Positions 60,450 to 64,000 of a DNA stretch of 64,000 nucleotides are shown piece after piece (position 1 is the stretch's first letter; every line of letters begins with the position of its first letter). Made by a program: the position numbers and the translations under genes. Source of the DNA: Desulfobacterales bacterium (GTDB lineage: Bacteria > Desulfobacterota > Desulfobacteria > Desulfobacterales > SpSt-501); the NCBI GenBank assembly GCA_025454255.1, contig JALOOU010000001.1, forward strand, positions 58,316-122,315, in the 5' to 3' direction. The notes beneath the pieces are model-generated. The model ran no database searches. It saw nothing but the letters and a program-made list of their open reading frames with translations, and was not told the origin of the DNA.

Positions 60450-62294
60450 ATGAAACGGCTCTTCAGATGGGTGGGCAGGTGCATCGCCGGCGGCTGGCGG
60501 TTTCTAACCTTTTGCCGCACGGCTGCGGTCAACCTGATGTTCGTCGTGCTGGTTGCAATCGCCCTGGTCGCGCTCTTCAGCGACAGAAGCCCGAAACTTC
60601 CGGACCGTGCGGCCCTGGTGCTCTCTCCGTCCGGAACGATTGTCGAGCAGCAAACCGAGTTCCGATTGGGCAAGCAGCTTTTGGACGACGAGGGCCCTTC
60701 GGAAACCCTGCTGCAGGACATCATCGACGCAGTCGATCACTCCGCCGGCGACCCGCGCATCCAAGCCATCTACCTCGATTTGCGCAAGCTGGAAAACGCC
60801 GGGCTCAGCAAGCTGCAGGAGATCGGCTCGGCGTTGAAGCGCTTTCGCGGGTCGGGTAAGCCTGTCATCGCCTGGGCGGACTACTACAATCAACGCCACT
60901 ATTACCTCGCAGCCCATGCCAACCGCGTTTATGTCAATCCCCTGGGAGGGGTGTTGTTGACGGGTTTGGGCGTGTACCAAAACTACTACAAGTCAGCGCT
61001 CGAAAAGCTGCGGATCCAATTCCACGTTTTTCGCGTCGGCCAATACAAATCGGCCCTGGAGCCGGTTCTGCGCGACGACATGTCGGAGTTCGACCGCGAA
61101 GCCAACAGGGCGATGTTGGGAGTGCTCTGGAGCGCCTACACCGCAGATGTCGCAGGTATGCGTGGGGTTGAGCCGGCATCGCTGGATGACTACATCAACA
61201 GCTTTCCGGCCCACCTGGCCGCGTCCGGCGGGCAACTGGGGGTGCTGGCGCAGAATTACCGGCTGGTGGACGGGCTTAAAACGCGCGACCAGTTGCGCGA
61301 GGAGATGATCCAGTTGGTGGGCGAGGACCGCAGCCGGAAGACCTTCAACCAGGTCGCCTTCGCCGACTACATACGCTACGTGCGCTCGGCGGCGCCAGCG
61401 GCGGCGGATGCCGAAAAAATAGGCGTGATCGTGGCTCAGGGCGTGCTCCTGGAAGGGTCCCAGCCGGCCGGCAGAATCGGCGGCGATTCTCTCTCCGGGC
61501 TGATCCGGCAGGCCCGCAGCGACAACCGCCTTCGGGCCCTGGTGCTGCGGATCGACAGCCCGGGAGGCAGCGCGTTCGCCTCGGACCAGATTCGACGCGA
61601 AGTGGAGCTCGCGCGCCTGGCCGGTTTGCCGGTGGTGGTTTCCATGAGCTCCGTGGCAGCCTCGGGCGGCTACTGGATCGCCGCTGCAGCCGACGAGATT
61701 TGGGCCGCGCCGACGACCGTCACCGGCTCGATCGGTATTTTCAGTGCGTTTCCGACATTCGAAAGAAGCCTGGACACCATCGGGGTGCGCAACGACGGCG
61801 TCGGCACCACCCGACTGGCCGACGCGTTCAACCCCAACCGCCCCATGAACCCGCTGCTGGCCCAATCCCTTGACCAACTCATGCAGCAGGGCTACCGGGT
61901 TTTCATCGAACGCGTGGCCACGGGCCGCAACATGCCGACAGGCGAGGTCGAAAAAATCGCTGCAGGCCGGGTGTGGGCGGGCCAACATGCCCAGGCCATC
62001 GGCCTGGTCGACAAGCTCGGAGACGCCCGGGATGCCATCGCCGCTGCCGCGCAGCGCGCCGGGCTGGTGCACTACCAGGTTGAGATCATCCAGCCGCCAT
62101 TGTCCCGCAGAGAGCGGCTCTTGCGCCACCTCGGCGACCTTGTGACCGCTGCCCTGCGCGGCCCGCTGGAATACCTGATCCCGGAGCAGCTGAGCTGGCT
62201 GAAGAGACAACTGGCGCTACCGGAAACGGAATGGCTGAACTTGAAGGACCCCGGCGGACTGTATGCGTACTGCCTGGGCTGCGGCAGCCTTTGA
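60450..62294 (+). CDS. sppA: signal peptide peptidase SppA, 67K type
   Basis: N-terminal TM helix and two ClpP/crotonase-like S49 domains (second domain [17 protein letters not shown] ... [15 protein letters not shown]). 614 aa. Confidence 0.9.
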   Translation: MKRLFRWVGRCIAGGWRFLTFCRTAAVNLMFVVLVAIALVALFSDRSPKLPDRAALVLSPSGTIVEQQTEFRLGKQLLDDEGPSETLLQDIIDAVDHSAGDPRIQAIYLDLRKLENAGLSKLQEIGSALKRFRGSGKPVIAWADYYNQRHYYLAAHANRVYVNPLGGVLLTGLGVYQNYYKSALEKLRIQFHVFRVGQYKSALEPVLRDDMSEFDREANRAMLGVLWSAYTADVAGMRGVEPASLDDYINSFPAHLAASGGQLGVLAQNYRLVDGLKTRDQLREEMIQLVGEDRSRKTFNQVAFADYIRYVRSAAPAAADAEKIGVIVAQGVLLEGSQPAGRIGGDSLSGLIRQARSDNRLRALVLRIDSPGGSAFASDQIRREVELARLAGLPVVVSMSSVAASGGYWIAAAADEIWAAPTTVTGSIGIFSAFPTFERSLDTIGVRNDGVGTTRLADAFNPNRPMNPLLAQSLDQLMQQGYRVFIERVATGRNMPTGEVEKIAAGRVWAGQHAQAIGLVDKLGDARDAIAAAAQRAGLVHYQVEIIQPPLSRRERLLRHLGDLVTAALRGPLEYLIPEQLSWLKRQLALPETEWLNLKDPGGLYAYCLGCGSL

Positions 62295-62385
62295 CCTGAG
62301 CGTTCGGGCGCGCGCGGCAGTTAGGCGGGCCGCCCAGCGCACAAGCGGCCACAACCGCGGGTCTCTGAAAACCGAGGAGGGTTGA

Positions 62386-62706
62386 GTGAGAGATAAAAAA
62401 ACCATCAAGCGCGAAATTCTGGACAAGTTCCGGTCCCTGAACGCGGTCAGCGACGAAATGCTTCCCCCGCACTGGCTTGAGCTGGTCTACCTCAAAAAGC
62501 TCTCCGCCGACGACAAGAAAATTTTCAAGCGGGCGGTCCAGGAGTTGATGGCAGTGGGAATCGTGGAAAACGTCGAAGGCGCAGGGCTTAACCTGAGGCT
62601 CACCCAAAAAGGCGAGAACCTGATCTATTCGGGCGACGTTCAGAAATCGGGCCGTGAACCGGGGCCCGACGGCGGCGCGTTCCAATCGACCGGTTCGGAG
62701 GCGTGA
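62386..62706 (+). CDS. hypothetical small protein (106 aa)
   Basis: GTG at 62386, 5 nt after GAGGAGG. Helical N-terminal ~80 aa and a disordered Gly/Pro-rich tail. No family recognised. Confidence 0.5.
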   Translation: MRDKKTIKREILDKFRSLNAVSDEMLPPHWLELVYLKKLSADDKKIFKRAVQELMAVGIVENVEGAGLNLRLTQKGENLIYSGDVQKSGREPGPDGGAFQSTGSEA

Positions 62707-62737
62707 GATCGGCGGTCGCATCCGCACCGTTTGGCTC

Positions 62738-62781
62738 AAAAAAAGCAAAAGGCGGCTCGCGCTGCGCCGGCAAGCCGCCTT
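62738..62781 (-). terminator. rho-independent terminator of flgM
   Basis: On the minus strand, a 9-bp stem AAGGCGGCT/AGCCGCCTT (62749-62757 pairing with 62773-62781) is followed by TTTTGCTTTTTTTGAG. It lies about 20 nt after the flgM stop. Confidence 0.6.
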
Positions 62782-62801
62782 CCAAGAAGGCCGCGATCTG
62801 A

Positions 62802-63116
62802 TTATTTCAACAGGTCGTTCAGCAACGATTCCCGAATCATTCTGCCTGCAATCGCATCCGGCTTGATCGCGTAGCTTCCGTTTTCGATCTGGGCTCTCAG
62901 CTCGGCGACCTTGTCGATCCGCACATCCGGGATCGCCTGAAGCTGTTTTTGGGCCTCTTGGATGCGCCGGGCCGCATCGGAGATCACCACGGTATCCGCA
63001 TTGATCCCCTGCTGGCGGCCGGCCCGCTCCGCGACGGGCTCGGCCTTCTGCTTCGCCTGCACCTGACTGACATACGCATCAACCGAAACGGTTTGGTTTT
63101 TATCTGTAATCTGCAT
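62802..63116 (-). CDS. flgM: anti-sigma-28 factor FlgM
   Basis: 104 aa with AAAGGAG 7 nt upstream. The C-terminus is FlgM-like (DVRIDKVAELRAQIENGSYAIKPDAIAGRMI). Confidence 0.8.
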   Translation of the reverse strand: MQITDKNQTVSVDAYVSQVQAKQKAEPVAERAGRQQGINADTVVISDAARRIQEAQKQLQAIPDVRIDKVAELRAQIENGSYAIKPDAIAGRMIRESLLNDLLK

Positions 63117-63218
63117 CGATGATCTCCTTTAGCCCCCCATGCGAACCGCCCGCAGGGGGATGTTCATACGTTTACCGAAGCGCGTGGCGCAAGTCAAACG
63201 TCGCCGCTGTTTGATACC

Positions 63219-63245
63219 TATATCGGCCTTTCGGTTTTGGACTTT
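63219..63245 (-). promoter_or_regulatory. sigma-28 (FliA)-type promoter upstream of flgM
   Basis: The minus strand reads TAAA-N15-GCCGATAT, against the consensus TAAA-N15-GCCGATAA. It lies about 100 nt upstream of the flgM ATG. Confidence 0.55.
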
Positions 63246-63552
63246 AGCTTTTTTTTCACAATTCGTTGCATTTTTCAAAAACCACGCGATTGCCTTCCGG
63301 ATACATTTTCGATATTATTCCGGCAGCAAAGCACCTTTCACGCACGCTAGGCGTATTCCTGCGGAAATCCCGCCGGGGCGGGACCGCGATCGGATCGCGG
63401 CTGCAAGCCGCTGCCAAAAAATCCGAAATTGCCTGCCGACGAACCGCCGGCGCAGGCGGCGTGCAACGCTTCAAACGGCCCATCGGCAGCCCAGGCCGGT
63501 GGCAGAGAGGCCCCCGACATGCGCAACACTCCACCAGCGAACATCGAAGGGT

Positions 63553-64000
63553 ATGCCACCCGAAAATGACGCCGCATACCGCAAGGCGTTGCGCAGAGCC
63601 CTGCACCTCCTTGCACGCCGGGATCACTCCGTCTGGGAGCTGCGCGGCAAACTGGAGGCCAAGGGGGTTTCGGTTGAAGCCGCCCAGCGCGTTGTCGCCG
63701 AGTGCCTGCGGGCGGGCTACCTGAATGATGAGCGTGCGGCTTGCGCGTTGATCGAGCGTTTCAAACACAAGGGGTGCGGCATCCGACGCATCCGTTTTGA
63801 GCTGCGGCAGCGGGGGCTTTCCGGCGACCCCTTCACCCGCCTGCTGGCAAGCCGACTCGGCCCGGAGGAGGAGCTCGGTCTGGCCCGCCGGGCGCTTGAA
63901 CGAAAATCAAAGGCGCTCGCCGCCGGGGAGGGATGGCCGGCCCAAAAGAGCCGTTTCTATCGGTTCCTGTCCGGTCGGGGCTTCACGGAGAGCAGCATTC
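63553..64000 (+). CDS. recX: recombination regulator RecX (3' end beyond the window)
   Basis: ATG at 63553; the frame is open to the window edge and absent from the ORF track because it has no stop. Translation MPPENDAAYRKALRRALHLLARRDHSVWELRGKLEAKGVSVEAAQRVVAECLRAGYLNDERAACALIERF... shows the RecX three-helix repeat pattern. Confidence 0.85.
   Translation, partial: MPPENDAAYRKALRRALHLLARRDHSVWELRGKLEAKGVSVEAAQRVVAECLRAGYLNDERAACALIERFKHKGCGIRRIRFELRQRGLSGDPFTRLLASRLGPEEELGLARRALERKSKALAAGEGWPAQKSRFYRFLSGRGFTESSI

Noticed and set aside
60179-60859. 226-aa plus-strand ORF spanning the hsp20-sppA intergenic region and the sppA 5' end
   Set aside because: It is out of frame with the clearly SppA-like ORF, is Arg/Pro/Gly-rich, and has no RBS.
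63256-63768. 170-aa minus-strand and 152-aa plus-strand ORFs upstream of and over recX
   Set aside because: The RecX frame starts at 63553, is open to the window end, and shows clear family similarity. The track ORFs are antisense or out of frame and lack motifs. I also looked for a LexA box upstream of recX and found none I could support.

Overview
GC-rich bacterial chromosomal segment, about two-thirds G+C by eye. Lower-GC patches lie near 1-1400, 3200-4500, 46500-47600, 59500-59700 and 62400-63300. The gene content suggests an anaerobic, motile Desulfobacterota-like (deltaproteobacterial) organism; this is inference only. The informative genes are glutaconyl-CoA decarboxylase GcdA, a 2-oxoacid:ferredoxin oxidoreductase, a tungsten-type aldehyde:ferredoxin oxidoreductase (AOR), a TunR-like integrase-fold/Mop regulator, two MoeA paralogs, an AmmeMemoRadiSam radical SAM enzyme and FlgM. 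I can support about 58 protein-coding genes from motif-level reading of the ORF track, plus a few promoters, terminators and repeats. I saw no rRNA, tRNA, CRISPR array, transposase, prophage or recognisable defence system. Main blocks: (1) a TunR-like regulator, a Tat-exported DUF362 protein and a lower-GC islet; (2) radical SAM, methyltransferase and DEAD-box helicase genes; (3) moeA, a moeA-PBP fusion, dnaJ, queD and pyrE; (4) tolC-ftsE-ftsX-envC-ctp-yibQ; (5) an FHA protein, a 7TM-HD protein, the oxidoreductase, gcdC/gcdA, an M23 peptidase and an HD-GYP protein; (6) a 16-kb, 17-gene co-directional cluster at 30400-46490. This cluster runs GntR regulator, Fe-S protein, unknown, ALDH, PPC-domain protein, Liv-type ABC importer, VOC protein, W-AOR, MoaD-like Ubl, PanB paralog, 418-aa unknown, ThiF/MoeB-like E1 and acyltransferase; (7) lipoproteins, a VWA plus 3x OmpA protein, DegP, Dus, an MFS transporter, an HD protein, an IMPase-family protein, a Cache-HAMP-PP2C sensor, Hsp20, SppA, FlgM and RecX (truncated by the window end). 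Most very long ORFs lying opposite or out of frame to these genes are high-GC shadow ORFs. The items most worth a second look are the Ubl/E1 module interrupted by a PanB paralog and an unclassifiable protein next to the AOR, and a ~155-nt intergenic element present twice in inverted orientation (~84% identity). Others are an 18-bp perfect palindrome, a terminator-like hairpin in the pyrE leader, the tolC-ftsE ATGA overlap, the VWA-3xOmpA protein, and a tandem RHH-like protein divergent from hsp20. All coordinates were read by eye and may be off by a few nt; start codons are best guesses.
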